The notes: generated by a model from the letters alone, not told the origin. Positions 46,858 to 55,702 are shown, counted from the stretch's first letter. The stretch: DNA of 64,000 bases from Bacilli bacterium (GCA_045545595.1 JAZQBG010000003.1:155462-219461), one strand, 5' to 3'. Translations and numbers: made by a program.

Positions 46858-47860
46858 TTTTTAAATCACCTGCTCTAACAATTGAAAATAAAATATTACC
46901 TACTAATTCAGATACTGGAGCACTTCTTGAACAATCACTACAAATTTTTCTAAAACCTTGTAATAATGGTCCATAAGCATCTGCACCGCCAAATTGTTGG
47001 ATTAATTTTACTCCTATATTACCAGCATTTAAATCAGGGAAAATTAATATATTTGCTTGTCCAGCGACATCACTTTCTCTTTTAACTTTTTTTGCTGCTA
47101 CAGCAGGAACAATTGCAGAATCAAGTTGGAATTCTCCATCTATTTTTAAATCTGGTCTTCTTTCATTTGCAATTTTAACTGCTAATTTTACTTTTTCAAC
47201 TAAATCACCTTGTCCAGAACCGTCAGTTGAATAGGAAAGAAGTGCACATCTCGGTTCCCAATCTGTTATTGCATGAATTGTATCACAAGTAGAAATGGCT
47301 ATACTAGCAAGTTCAGAAGCAGTTGGATTAGTACATACAGCACAATCACCAATCGCAATTAAATTTCCACCATCAGCAAAATTATAATTAGGAAGTTCTG
47401 CAATTCCTACAGAAGAAACAACATCCAAATTATCTTTTAAACCAACTATTGTTTGAGCTGCCAAGATAAAATCTCCAGTAGTACTTGTAATTCCTGCAAA
47501 TGTTACATCTACTTCATCTATTGCTTCCATCATAAGTGCAAAGTAAAGAGGTTCGTTCATTCTTCTTCTAAGAGATTTTTCACCATAAACTAAATTAGGC
47601 AATTTTAAATATTTTGCTAAAACTTTTTCCTTATATTCTTCATTGTTTATATCAATATATTCCCAAGAAGAATCATCTATTTTATTTTCTTCACAAAGTT
47701 CATGGATTTCATATACATTGCCTACTACTACAACTTTACAATATCCTTCTTTTGAAACTTCGTCCATCGCAGTTAGCATTTTTAAATCATTAGCTTCAGG
47801 AAAGGCAACCCTACCAGGGTGTGCCTTTGCCTTAGCTTTTACATTATCCATTAAATTCAT
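46844..47860 (-). CDS. phosphate acyltransferase of the Pta (phosphotransacetylase class II) family, paired with buk
   Basis: Near-collinear similarity to Bacillus-type Pta (AFPEANDLKMLTA..., LLSYSTDGSGQGD, DGEFQLDSAIVPAVAAKK, ILIFPDLNAGNIGVKL, GPLLQGF). Not the clostridial Ptb architecture. Confidence 0.85.
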   Translation of the reverse strand: MNLMDNVKAKAKAHPGRVAFPEANDLKMLTAMDEVSKEGYCKVVVVGNVYEIHELCEENKIDDSSWEYIDINNEEYKEKVLAKYLKLPNLVYGEKSLRRRMNEPLYFALMMEAIDEVDVTFAGITSTTGDFILAAQTIVGLKDNLDVVSSVGIAELPNYNFADGGNLIAIGDCAVCTNPTASELASIAISTCDTIHAITDWEPRCALLSYSTDGSGQGDLVEKVKLAVKIANERRPDLKIDGEFQLDSAIVPAVAAKKVKRESDVAGQANILIFPDLNAGNIGVKLIQQFGGADAYGPLLQGFRKICSDCSRSAPVSELVGNILFSIVRAGDLKNAKK

Positions 47861-47871
47861 TAGTTTCCTCC

Positions 47872-49689
47872 TTATCTGTAAATGAATTCTCCATCTTCAT
47901 ATCTAGGAGGAACTTCAGGAACTAAAAGATATGATTCATATTTTCCACCAGTATGAATTACATGTTCACCTTTGTTATCCGCAAACCAAACAAGTGGTTC
48001 AAACCATTCATCACGAATATATCTTCCTGCTATTTCTAATTGTAATTTTTGACCTTTATGCCAGAATCTTGATAATGGCCAAATTTCAATATCAACAGGA
48101 ACAATTTCACCTGGTTTTAATTTTTCATCTCTATCATGTGTTAATACCGGTTGATACTCTGTAGATAATTCTTCATCTAAGTGACGACGAGAAACTCTAA
48201 GTTTACCCCAAGCACCAGGATGACGTTCACTACCAAATATTGTTACTGGTAACCATTCTCCTTTAGTAGATAGTTTTTTAATAGTAACAAATAAATCCAT
48301 ATCATCATGACCTTTTGCTTCAACCCACATACGAAGTTTTAAATATCCTGTAAGTTCAGTATCTTTTCTAAATGTATATTCAAATGTAGTTAATCCTGTT
48401 TGTCCATCATAGCTCACTTTACTTTCATTTTTAACTGGAGCATCTCCTAGTTTTCCATTTGCTGCATTTAAATATAATTTTTTATATTGTGTTCTAGCAA
48501 GTGGCCATTCATTTTCTGGACGATTAGTTTGATATGGATATTCAAATGCATCCATAACTTCCATACGAATTTTTGGAGTTAATTCCCAACCATTATGAAT
48601 ATTTTTTAAATAACGGTCAAAGAATAATTTTAAATCTTGTAACATGGCAGGATCATATGTATCAGGCCATTCAAATTTTTGATGACATCTCATCCATTTT
48701 TTCTTAGTTTTAATTTTGTTAAAACCTTCCCAAGAACCTCTTAAATGGAAGTGATTCCAATTACATGTTGTATAAACTGGAATATTAATTCTTTCATAAT
48801 GAGGTATTTTATCTTGCCAATATGGACTTGTAACAAATGGTTCTTTTTTAGCCATTGCTACTGTATTATCAATATATCCCTTTCCTTGTGCTGCGATTAC
48901 AATTGAACCACCAAAGAATCCAGGAATACCACCTTCCATAATACTTTCACGATATTGATCTCCTGTTGCTTCCCATGGAGCAATACAAACTAAATGAGGA
49001 GGACATTCTGCTGCAATTCTCCATTGACTCATAGCAACACCAGAATTACCAAATAAAGCTACTTTTCCATTACACCATTTTTGTGTAGCAGCCCATTCAA
49101 TAAAGTCATATCCATCACGACCTTCTTGTGTACCAAATTGTTGTTGATCACCTTCTGAATTTCCTATACCACGAGGATCTACATTAGCAACACCATATCC
49201 TTGATAACACCAATACATTGGATCTGATGATTCAAATTTACAAACATTAGATACTGCTCCTGTTGGAACTCCCATTGGTCTAAATATTTGTACTGGTTGA
49301 TGCCAAGGTTGTTTTCCAAAGAATGACCAACTAATAATTAAAGGCACAGGATCTTTTAATGCTGTTGCTGGTAAATAAATATCCGCATAGATAGTTACTC
49401 CATCTCGCATTTTTACTGGTTGATCTTGAAGACAAATAACTTTTTTTTCATCGTCAACATAGTATTCAGTTGTGTTAATCGGAACCTCAACACAATAATT
49501 CATTGCCTCTTCTCTTGGAACTTTTGCTAATTCCTCTTTTGGAATTGGCTGTGTCATTTTTGTGAATATTACATCACAATTGCTACCATCTGGATAAGTA
49601 ATATTAACTATTTTCTCATCTCTAGGTGGCATTTCTTTTGGTAATGACAATTCATTTTCAATTACTGCTTTCTTTTTTTCTTCTTTCAT
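47872..49689 (-). CDS. CocE/NonD-family alpha/beta hydrolase (Xaa-Pro dipeptidyl-peptidase-like S15 family)
   Basis: GVTIYADIYLP, YGVANVDPRGIGNSEG (DxRGxGxSxG family hallmark), nucleophile elbow FGNSGVAM. ~600 aa. Confidence 0.75.
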   Translation of the reverse strand: MKEEKKKAVIENELSLPKEMPPRDEKIVNITYPDGSNCDVIFTKMTQPIPKEELAKVPREEAMNYCVEVPINTTEYYVDDEKKVICLQDQPVKMRDGVTIYADIYLPATALKDPVPLIISWSFFGKQPWHQPVQIFRPMGVPTGAVSNVCKFESSDPMYWCYQGYGVANVDPRGIGNSEGDQQQFGTQEGRDGYDFIEWAATQKWCNGKVALFGNSGVAMSQWRIAAECPPHLVCIAPWEATGDQYRESIMEGGIPGFFGGSIVIAAQGKGYIDNTVAMAKKEPFVTSPYWQDKIPHYERINIPVYTTCNWNHFHLRGSWEGFNKIKTKKKWMRCHQKFEWPDTYDPAMLQDLKLFFDRYLKNIHNGWELTPKIRMEVMDAFEYPYQTNRPENEWPLARTQYKKLYLNAANGKLGDAPVKNESKVSYDGQTGLTTFEYTFRKDTELTGYLKLRMWVEAKGHDDMDLFVTIKKLSTKGEWLPVTIFGSERHPGAWGKLRVSRRHLDEELSTEYQPVLTHDRDEKLKPGEIVPVDIEIWPLSRFWHKGQKLQLEIAGRYIRDEWFEPLVWFADNKGEHVIHTGGKYESYLLVPEVPPRYEDGEFIYR

Positions 49690-49703
49690 TAAATCACCCT
49701 TTC

Positions 49704-49946
49704 TTATTCTACTTGTTTAGCAATAATTTCTGCCGATTCTTCAATTGTATCGGCATGCATCAAATCCGTGTACTTGATATAGCAATCATATTCTTCTTCA
49801 AGTTCAGAAATAATTCCTACCATTTCTATGCTCTTTAAGTCAATGTCGGTTTTGATGTTAGTCTTGCCAGATAAAGTACTTGAATCAATGCCTAATTTAG
49901 CTGCTGTTTTTTCAATCAGCTTCTGCATAATTTCATCTTTCATCAT
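49704..49946 (-). CDS. acyl/peptidyl carrier protein-like small protein
   Basis: 80 aa, acidic, DIDLKSIEMVGIISELEEEY resembles the phosphopantetheine-attachment helix of carrier proteins. RBS ATAGGAGGT. Confidence 0.5.
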   Translation of the reverse strand: MMKDEIMQKLIEKTAAKLGIDSSTLSGKTNIKTDIDLKSIEMVGIISELEEEYDCYIKYTDLMHADTIEESAEIIAKQVE

Positions 49947-50020
49947 TCATCTTTTACCTCCTATACTATAAATATTATCAATAAATAATTATGGAAATAT
50001 TATCAGTTTATTAAAAATTA

Positions 50021-50051
50021 TTAAAAAAGAAAAAAAGTAGCATAAGCTACT
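50021..50051 (-). terminator. intrinsic terminator/attenuator in the 5' leader of the carrier-protein/CocE/pta/buk operon
   Basis: AGUAGC-uuau-GCUACU followed by UUUUUUUCUUUUUUAAU on the minus strand. Lies ~75 nt upstream of the ACP-like start codon. Confidence 0.5.
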
Positions 50052-50135
50052 TTCTTTTAACAACATAAATTAAATAAAAAAATAACGCTGACAAGACGCT
50101 ATTTCTAGTTTGAATCAACTTTGATTTTAGTCGAA

Positions 50136-50222
50136 TCAAAGTCGCTTGCTTTTCTGAAGTTTTCTTTCTTCATACGATCGTATACTTAATAATAACAAGA
50201 CCAAATTACTTCTGGCATTCAT
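50136..50222 (-). CDS. candidate 28-codon leader peptide MNARSNLVLLLLSIRSYEERKLQKSKRL (Leu-rich)
   Basis: AAGGTG RBS 5 nt before ATG. Run of five Leu codons in six (TTG GTC TTG TTA TTA TTA). Stop codon lies inside the 5' arm of an 11-bp hairpin. Strong terminator 90 nt downstream, before the operon RBS. Confidence 0.25.
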   Translation of the reverse strand: MNARSNLVLLLLSIRSYEERKLQKSKRL

Positions 50223-50374
50223 TCGTGCACCTTCATATAACAAAATATGATAAGAAATTTTAATAAATAAACATTTCGTAGATTTATTAAGATTAATTGC
50301 AATATCTTTATTAAGTGATTTTATTATAGCATTCGTTTTTTTATATTACAATAGGTTTATTTGAATTTAATTTT

Positions 50375-50393
50375 TCTTAATAATTTCTTAATA
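50375..50393 (+). promoter_or_regulatory. tandem 10-bp direct repeat TTCTTAATA(A) upstream of the orphan receiver gene promoter
   Basis: TTCTTAATA at 50375 and again at 50385, one helical turn apart. ~60-80 nt upstream of the TATATAAT -10 element. Confidence 0.3.
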
Positions 50394-50476
50394 TTTTATA
50401 AGATATTTGTTCTATTTAACATATAAATTTCACACTATATTCAAAATAATTCTATATAATTTATATGAGGTGAAAT

Positions 50477-50836
50477 ATGAATATTCTAATAGTAGATAAA
50501 GATGAAATATTAATGAAAGAAATACATAATTGTTCTTTAAATAAAAATTTTAATTTAATTTATTGTAATGATATAACTAATATTAAAAAATTAATTAGCA
50601 ACAAAAATCCAGAAATAATTATTTTTGATCTAGACAATTTAAGTAATAGTAAAATTAAATCTTTTAAATATGTAAGATCTTTAATTAACAAACCTATCAT
50701 TGTTATATCATCTAATAATAATACAGATGATATAGTTTTATTCTTTTCTTTAGGTGCTGATGACTATATCGTAAAACCATTTAGTGTTAAGGAATTAATA
50801 ATGAGAATTCAAGCAATATATAATAGAAATAAATAA
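50477..50836 (+). CDS. orphan single-domain response regulator (CheY/Spo0F-like receiver)
   Basis: ILIVDKDE ... IIIFDLDNLS ... IIVISS ... DYIVKPF: all receiver landmarks. No output domain. RBS GAGGTG. -10 TATATAAT upstream. Only plus-strand gene in the window. Confidence 0.75.
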   Translation: MNILIVDKDEILMKEIHNCSLNKNFNLIYCNDITNIKKLISNKNPEIIIFDLDNLSNSKIKSFKYVRSLINKPIIVISSNNNTDDIVLFFSLGADDYIVKPFSVKELIMRIQAIYNRNK

Positions 50837-50872
50837 AACTTTATCACAAATTAATGTTGATAAAGTTTTTTA
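50833..50872 (+). terminator. intrinsic terminator after the orphan receiver gene (also usable for convergent hsp20 transcript)
   Basis: AACTTTATCA-11 nt loop-TGATAAAGTT 10-bp stem followed by TTTTAATAAT. Confidence 0.6.
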
Positions 50873-50900
50873 ATAATAAATTATTATATTTTTATAAATA

Positions 50901-51326
50901 CTATTTAATTTCAATATGTTTAATATTTTTATTTTCAATTGTTTCTTCTTTTTTAGGAATTTCAATTTTTAAGATACCATTTTTGAATTCAGCATGAATT
51001 TCTTCTTCAATAATATCTTCTCCTACATAGAATTTACGTGAACAAGCTCCATAAAATCTTTCTTGACGAACAATTTTACCATCTGTTTCATCTTTGTTTT
51101 CTTTTTCAGATTTTGCTGATATTTCTAGATATCCATTATTTAATGTTAAATTGATATTCTCTTTTTCAAATCCAGGTAAATCAATATCTACGATATATTT
51201 ATCATCCTTTTCTCTAATATCAGTTCTCATTAAATCTCTTGTTCTTCCTTTAAAAAATTCATCTTCAAAAAAATCATCAAAGAAACCAAATCCATTTCTT
51301 CTTGGTACTAACATCATATACATCAT
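50901..51326 (-). CDS. Hsp20/alpha-crystallin family small heat-shock protein
   Basis: ACD core DIREKDDKYIVDIDLPGFEKENINLTLNNGYLEISAK ... KNGILKIEIPK. Confidence 0.85.
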   Translation of the reverse strand: MMYMMLVPRRNGFGFFDDFFEDEFFKGRTRDLMRTDIREKDDKYIVDIDLPGFEKENINLTLNNGYLEISAKSEKENKDETDGKIVRQERFYGACSRKFYVGEDIIEEEIHAEFKNGILKIEIPKKEETIENKNIKHIEIK

Positions 51327-51405
51327 CTTCCTTTCTTTTTTTATATATTTTTTAATACCATTTATTATTATTATTAACTTAAATTATATACTATATTACT
51401 ATAAT

Positions 51406-53310
51406 TTATTTTGACATTATTTCTGTCATTAAATTACTTATTTCTGTTGGATTTTCAATGGATAATCCTTCTATTAATCTTGCTTGAGCATATAAAACTT
51501 TAGCATACTTTTTCAAAGTTTTTTTGTCCTCTTTATAAAGTTCATTTAATTTTTTGGCAATTTTATGTTTTTCATTAATCTCTAACACTTTTTCTGCACT
51601 AATTTTATTATCTATTGGCATAGAATTAAGAGCTTTTTCCATTTCTACACTTATTTCACCAGCACTAGATAAACATACTGGATGGTTAGATAGTTTATTA
51701 GTAAATCTAATATCCTTAATTTCAGGAATTGCCTCTTTCATTATATTAAACATATCTTTTGATTTTTCATTTTTCTTTTTTAGTTTTTCTATTTCTTCTT
51801 CAGAATCTAATTCTAATGAATCGGTACAAACATTTTTAAATTCTTTATCAGCATATTTGTTTAACATTTTAATAGCAAATTCATCCACATAGTCTGTGCA
51901 ATATAGAACCTCATACCCCTTGTTTTTAACTGCTTCTACTTGTGGAATTAAATCAACTTTATCAACTGTTTCACCACAAGCATAATAAATATTTTTTTGT
52001 TCTTTTTCCATTCTTTCAGTATATTCTTTTAAAGTTACAAATTGTTTATCTTTAGATGAATAAAACATTAATAAATCTTTTAATTTATCTTTATTCATTC
52101 CGTAATCGTTATAGACTCCATATTTAATTTGCATACCGAATGCGTTATAGAATTTTATATAATCTTCTCTAGCATTTTTTTGCATATCTTCTAATTCTTT
52201 TAAAACTTTAGTTTCAATATTTTTAGAAATAGTTGCTAATATTCTATTTTGTTGAATAGTTTCTCTTGATATGTTTAATGGTAAATCAGAAGAATCAACA
52301 ACACCTTTAATAAAACTTAAATAATCTGGAACTAAATCAGGACACTTTTCCATTATTAGAACGCCGTTAGAATAAAGTTGTAAACCTTTTTCATATTCTT
52401 TAGTGTAATAATCATATGGCATATGTGAAGGAATGTATATTAATGATCTAAATTCAAGAGTTCCTTCTGCTTTTGTGTGAATATGTCTTATAGGTTTCTC
52501 ATAATCAAAGAATTTATCAGAATAGAATGTATCATATTCTTCATCCTTTATGTCTTTTTGATTTCTTTTCCAAATTGGAATTAAATCATTTATTACTTCA
52601 TCATGAGTTACTGTTTCGTATTCATCTTTATCATCTAGGTTTACTTTTTCTTTTAAATGCTGATGAGTTACTTCCATTTTTATTGGATAAGTTATATAAT
52701 TACTATATTTTTTTATCAAACCTTGAATTTCATAATCCTCTAAGAATTTACTATATTTTTCATCATCTGTATCTTCTTTTATTGTTAAAATTACATCTGT
52801 TCCGTAGTTTTCTCTTTCATCTTTTTCAATGCTATATCCTTCAACACCTTCGCTCATCCATGAATAAGCTTCGTCACTTCCATACTTCTTAGATACAACT
52901 TTAACTTTTGATGAAACCATAAATGCTGAATAAAATCCAACGCCAAATTGTCCAATGATATCAATATCTTTTTTCTTTTTATTATTTTCTTTAAAATCTA
53001 AAGAACCACTTTTAGCTATCGTACCTAAATTGTTCTCTAATTCCTCTTTAGACATTCCGATTCCATTATCTGAAATTGTTAAAGTCCTCTTATCTTTATC
53101 TACATCGATGCGAATATTAAAACTACTTGTATCAATTTTTATTTCACTATTTGTTAGTGATTCATAATGAAGTTTATCTAATGCATCGCTTGCATTTGAT
53201 ATTATTTCTCTTAAAAATACTTCTTTATTAGTATAAATAGAGTTAATCATTAAATCCATTAACTTTTTTGATTCTGTTTTAAATTCTTTTACTTTCATAT
53301 TTTCCTCCAA
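51406..53310 (-). CDS. htpG: molecular chaperone HtpG (Hsp90)
   Basis: N-terminal FKTESKKLMDLMINSIYTNKEVFLREIISNASDALDK is the canonical HATPase_c Hsp90 signature. ~630 aa. Confidence 0.95.
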   Translation of the reverse strand: MEENMKVKEFKTESKKLMDLMINSIYTNKEVFLREIISNASDALDKLHYESLTNSEIKIDTSSFNIRIDVDKDKRTLTISDNGIGMSKEELENNLGTIAKSGSLDFKENNKKKKDIDIIGQFGVGFYSAFMVSSKVKVVSKKYGSDEAYSWMSEGVEGYSIEKDERENYGTDVILTIKEDTDDEKYSKFLEDYEIQGLIKKYSNYITYPIKMEVTHQHLKEKVNLDDKDEYETVTHDEVINDLIPIWKRNQKDIKDEEYDTFYSDKFFDYEKPIRHIHTKAEGTLEFRSLIYIPSHMPYDYYTKEYEKGLQLYSNGVLIMEKCPDLVPDYLSFIKGVVDSSDLPLNISRETIQQNRILATISKNIETKVLKELEDMQKNAREDYIKFYNAFGMQIKYGVYNDYGMNKDKLKDLLMFYSSKDKQFVTLKEYTERMEKEQKNIYYACGETVDKVDLIPQVEAVKNKGYEVLYCTDYVDEFAIKMLNKYADKEFKNVCTDSLELDSEEEIEKLKKKNEKSKDMFNIMKEAIPEIKDIRFTNKLSNHPVCLSSAGEISVEMEKALNSMPIDNKISAEKVLEINEKHKIAKKLNELYKEDKKTLKKYAKVLYAQARLIEGLSIENPTEISNLMTEIMSK

Positions 53311-53316
53311 ATGTTC

Positions 53317-53556
53317 TTAACTTAATACTTTTAAAAATTTAACGATTTCTTTTTCAGTTAACACTTTTCCTTGACTTATTACCTTATCATTTATAATTAA
53401 AGCTGGAGTGTTAGTTATATTATAATTCTTTATACTTCTTTCATCCTCCTCTATTGTTGGAGTTACATGCATTTTTAAACTATCAATTGCTTTATTTAAA
53501 TTTTTCAAAAGTTTTATTCTATTACTTGATTCACTACCTATTATTTTAACATTCAT
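53317..53556 (-). CDS. small thioredoxin-fold protein lacking the CxxC redox motif (Cys-less Thioredoxin_3-like)
   Basis: 79 aa, MNVKIIGSESSN where this family normally has GSGCxxC. No Cys in the protein. Co-transcribed upstream of htpG. Confidence 0.45.
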   Translation of the reverse strand: MNVKIIGSESSNRIKLLKNLNKAIDSLKMHVTPTIEEDERSIKNYNITNTPALIINDKVISQGKVLTEKEIVKFLKVLS

Positions 53557-53703
53557 AAATTATTACCTTCTTTCTTCTATAATACTATTCATATTACAAC
53601 ACTTTTTCTCCAGAATAATTACAAATAATCTTTTGTTCAATTTTGAACTATCGTCTTAAATTTTGAGTCTTTTTTCAAAGACTCTCTTTTTAAGTACAAT
53701 TTA

Positions 53704-53731
53704 ATTATACCACTTAAATTAGCAATGTCAA
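53704..53731 (-). promoter_or_regulatory. near-consensus sigma-A promoter for the thioredoxin-like/htpG transcription unit
   Basis: Minus strand: TTGACA, 16-nt spacer, TGGTATAAT (extended -10). ~140-nt 5' UTR before the Cys-less thioredoxin-like gene. Confidence 0.55.
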
Positions 53732-53745
53732 TATTAGAGTGCTAA
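53719..53745. promoter_or_regulatory. CIRCE-like inverted repeat (HrcA operator candidate) overlapping the -35 of the htpG-operon promoter
   Basis: TTAGCAATG-TCAATATTA-GAGTGCTAA versus consensus TTAGCACTC-N9-GAGTGCTAA. Right arm 9/9, left arm 7/9, exact 9-nt spacer. Confidence 0.6.
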
Positions 53746-53748
53746 TTT

Positions 53749-54177
53749 TTAAAATTTATTTATCAAATCATAAACATTCTTTCTCATTTGTTCTAATACC
53801 CTATTAAATGTTTCTAAATCATCATTAGGAATTCCTTTTGTTATAGTACGATTAATAATTTCTTCTCTTGTTCTTAAATCATCTAATAAATCATTTGCTG
53901 TATCACTTATATATAATCGTATTATTTTTTTATCTAATTCATCTTGAATTCTAATAATTATATTCCCTTTTGCAAGTGAATCTATCGATTTTGATATATG
54001 TGATTTTGTTGTAACTAAATTTTCAACTATTTCAGATGCTGTATTGTTTGCTTTATTCTTATCTAAATATAATAGAAACATTATCTCATTCATTGTTAAC
54101 CCATACTTAATTCTTAAATCATCGAAAGAATTATCATATAATTTTTTTATAACTTGTGCTTGAACTGGTATTTTCAT
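53749..54177 (-). CDS. MarR-family transcriptional regulator
   Basis: Winged-helix LTMNEIMFLLYL...ASEIVENLVTTKSHISKSIDSLAKGNIIIRIQDELDKKI. RBS GGAG. Extended -10 TGGTATAAT upstream. Confidence 0.75.
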   Translation of the reverse strand: MKIPVQAQVIKKLYDNSFDDLRIKYGLTMNEIMFLLYLDKNKANNTASEIVENLVTTKSHISKSIDSLAKGNIIIRIQDELDKKIIRLYISDTANDLLDDLRTREEIINRTITKGIPNDDLETFNRVLEQMRKNVYDLINKF

Positions 54178-54271
54178 GTTTGCTCTACTCCATTCTATAA
54201 AATTGTTAGTATTTCATTTACAAACATTATACCACGAATATTTTATTTTTTTATTATTCTACACTATTTTA

Positions 54272-55702
54272 TTATAAATTATCTCTTCTATGAGGTGCAT
54301 AGTTTTGATATTTACCTTTATTATTATGTTCTTTACTATTCCATATTTTATCTGCTTCTTTTGCCCAACAAGCAGCATATTTATCACATTTAGAACATAA
54401 ATGTTCAACATCTTCAGGTGATTCTAAATCCGTACTTTTCGCTCCCGTATCCTTAACTATCTTTCTTAATTTTTCTGGGTTTTCAAGCATTGGACAAGGT
54501 CTTAAATGATTTCTATTAAATGGTTGTTCATTATAATAAGCCATAAATAATGGACTTTGTAAAATTTCTAAAATTGACTTATCACGAATATTTGAATCAG
54601 AATAATGTATAAATACACATGGTTCAGCATCTCCAGCAGAATTAATATGAAAATAATTTCTTCCTGCTGCTATACATCCACCAACAAACTCACCATCATT
54701 TTGAAAATCCATTGGAAATAATCCAATATCTGATTTATCTGAACGAATTTCTCTAATTCTTTTAATCATATACTTTCTTTGTTCTACAGTTGGCATCAGT
54801 TCTGGAACAGCATTATTTCCAACTGGCATATAATGGAAGTAGAATGAATATCTTACACCATTATCTACTAACATATTTAAGAATTCATCTGAAGTAACTG
54901 TTTCAACATTATCTTTTGTATAACATATAGATGCTCCAAACAAGATACCATATTTTTTAAGCAACTTCATTGCTTTCATAACATTTTTATAATGACCATT
55001 TCCTCTTCTACCATCATTGGTTTCTTCAAAACCTTCAATAGATAATTGGAAAACTATATTACCAAGTTTTTGAACTTCTTTGCAGAAATCCTCATCAATT
55101 AATGATGAATTTGTATAAATAGAAAATTCTACATCATTATGTTCTTTAGCTAATTTTAAAATATCTTTCTTTTTTACTAATGGTTCTCCACCTGTTAGCA
55201 TATAAATATAAACACCAAGTTCTTTACCTTCTCTTACAATTTTATCCATATCATCATAAGATAAACTATATTTGTGTCCATAAGTACCAGCCCAACATCC
55301 AATACAATGCATATTGCAAGCTGAAGTAGGATCAAATAATATTAACCATGGAATATTACATTTATATTTTTCTCTATTTTCTCTAATAGTTCTTGTCCCA
55401 TTAAATGCTGCACCATATCCTAAATTCATTACAGTTTTTTTCAAAACATTAGGATGTAATTCATCAATTAAATTATTAACAAACTTCATCCATCTATGAT
55501 CTGGATTTTTGATTATTGCTTTAACTTCTTCATATTTTTGTTCTGATAATCCCGAACCATAAAATTTCTTTACCCAGTCTAATAATTTTAGATATTCTGG
55601 TTCTTTATCCTCCTTTCCTAATTTTTTTAAAACATTATCAACTATAACCTCTACTGCCTTCTTTTCAGCTTTTTTTGAGATTGAATTTGAACTTTTTACC
55701 AT
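54272..55702 (-). CDS. radical SAM enzyme with ~120-aa N-terminal extension and Cys-rich C-terminal region (SPASM/twitch-like auxiliary cluster candidate)
   Basis: CNMHCIGCWAGTY (CxxxCxxC). C-terminal Cys pattern C...C...CSKCDKYAAC. Confidence 0.8.
   Translation of the reverse strand: MVKSSNSISKKAEKKAVEVIVDNVLKKLGKEDKEPEYLKLLDWVKKFYGSGLSEQKYEEVKAIIKNPDHRWMKFVNNLIDELHPNVLKKTVMNLGYGAAFNGTRTIRENREKYKCNIPWLILFDPTSACNMHCIGCWAGTYGHKYSLSYDDMDKIVREGKELGVYIYMLTGGEPLVKKKDILKLAKEHNDVEFSIYTNSSLIDEDFCKEVQKLGNIVFQLSIEGFEETNDGRRGNGHYKNVMKAMKLLKKYGILFGASICYTKDNVETVTSDEFLNMLVDNGVRYSFYFHYMPVGNNAVPELMPTVEQRKYMIKRIREIRSDKSDIGLFPMDFQNDGEFVGGCIAAGRNYFHINSAGDAEPCVFIHYSDSNIRDKSILEILQSPLFMAYYNEQPFNRNHLRPCPMLENPEKLRKIVKDTGAKSTDLESPEDVEHLCSKCDKYAACWAKEADKIWNSKEHNNKGKYQNYAPHRRDNL

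Noticed and set aside
50111-50143. tRNA-like T-arm (GTCGAATC resembling GTTCGAATC) in the leader region
   Set aside because: The stem is 9-11 bp rather than 5 bp. No acceptor, D or anticodon arms can be drawn. It is interpreted instead as the leader hairpin of the putative attenuator.
49947-50476. T-box or other riboswitch upstream of the carrier-protein/CocE/pta/buk operon
   Set aside because: No AANNNGGGTGGNACCGCG T-box core, or its complement, is present. No recognisable riboswitch consensus was seen. The leader-peptide model fits the sequence better.
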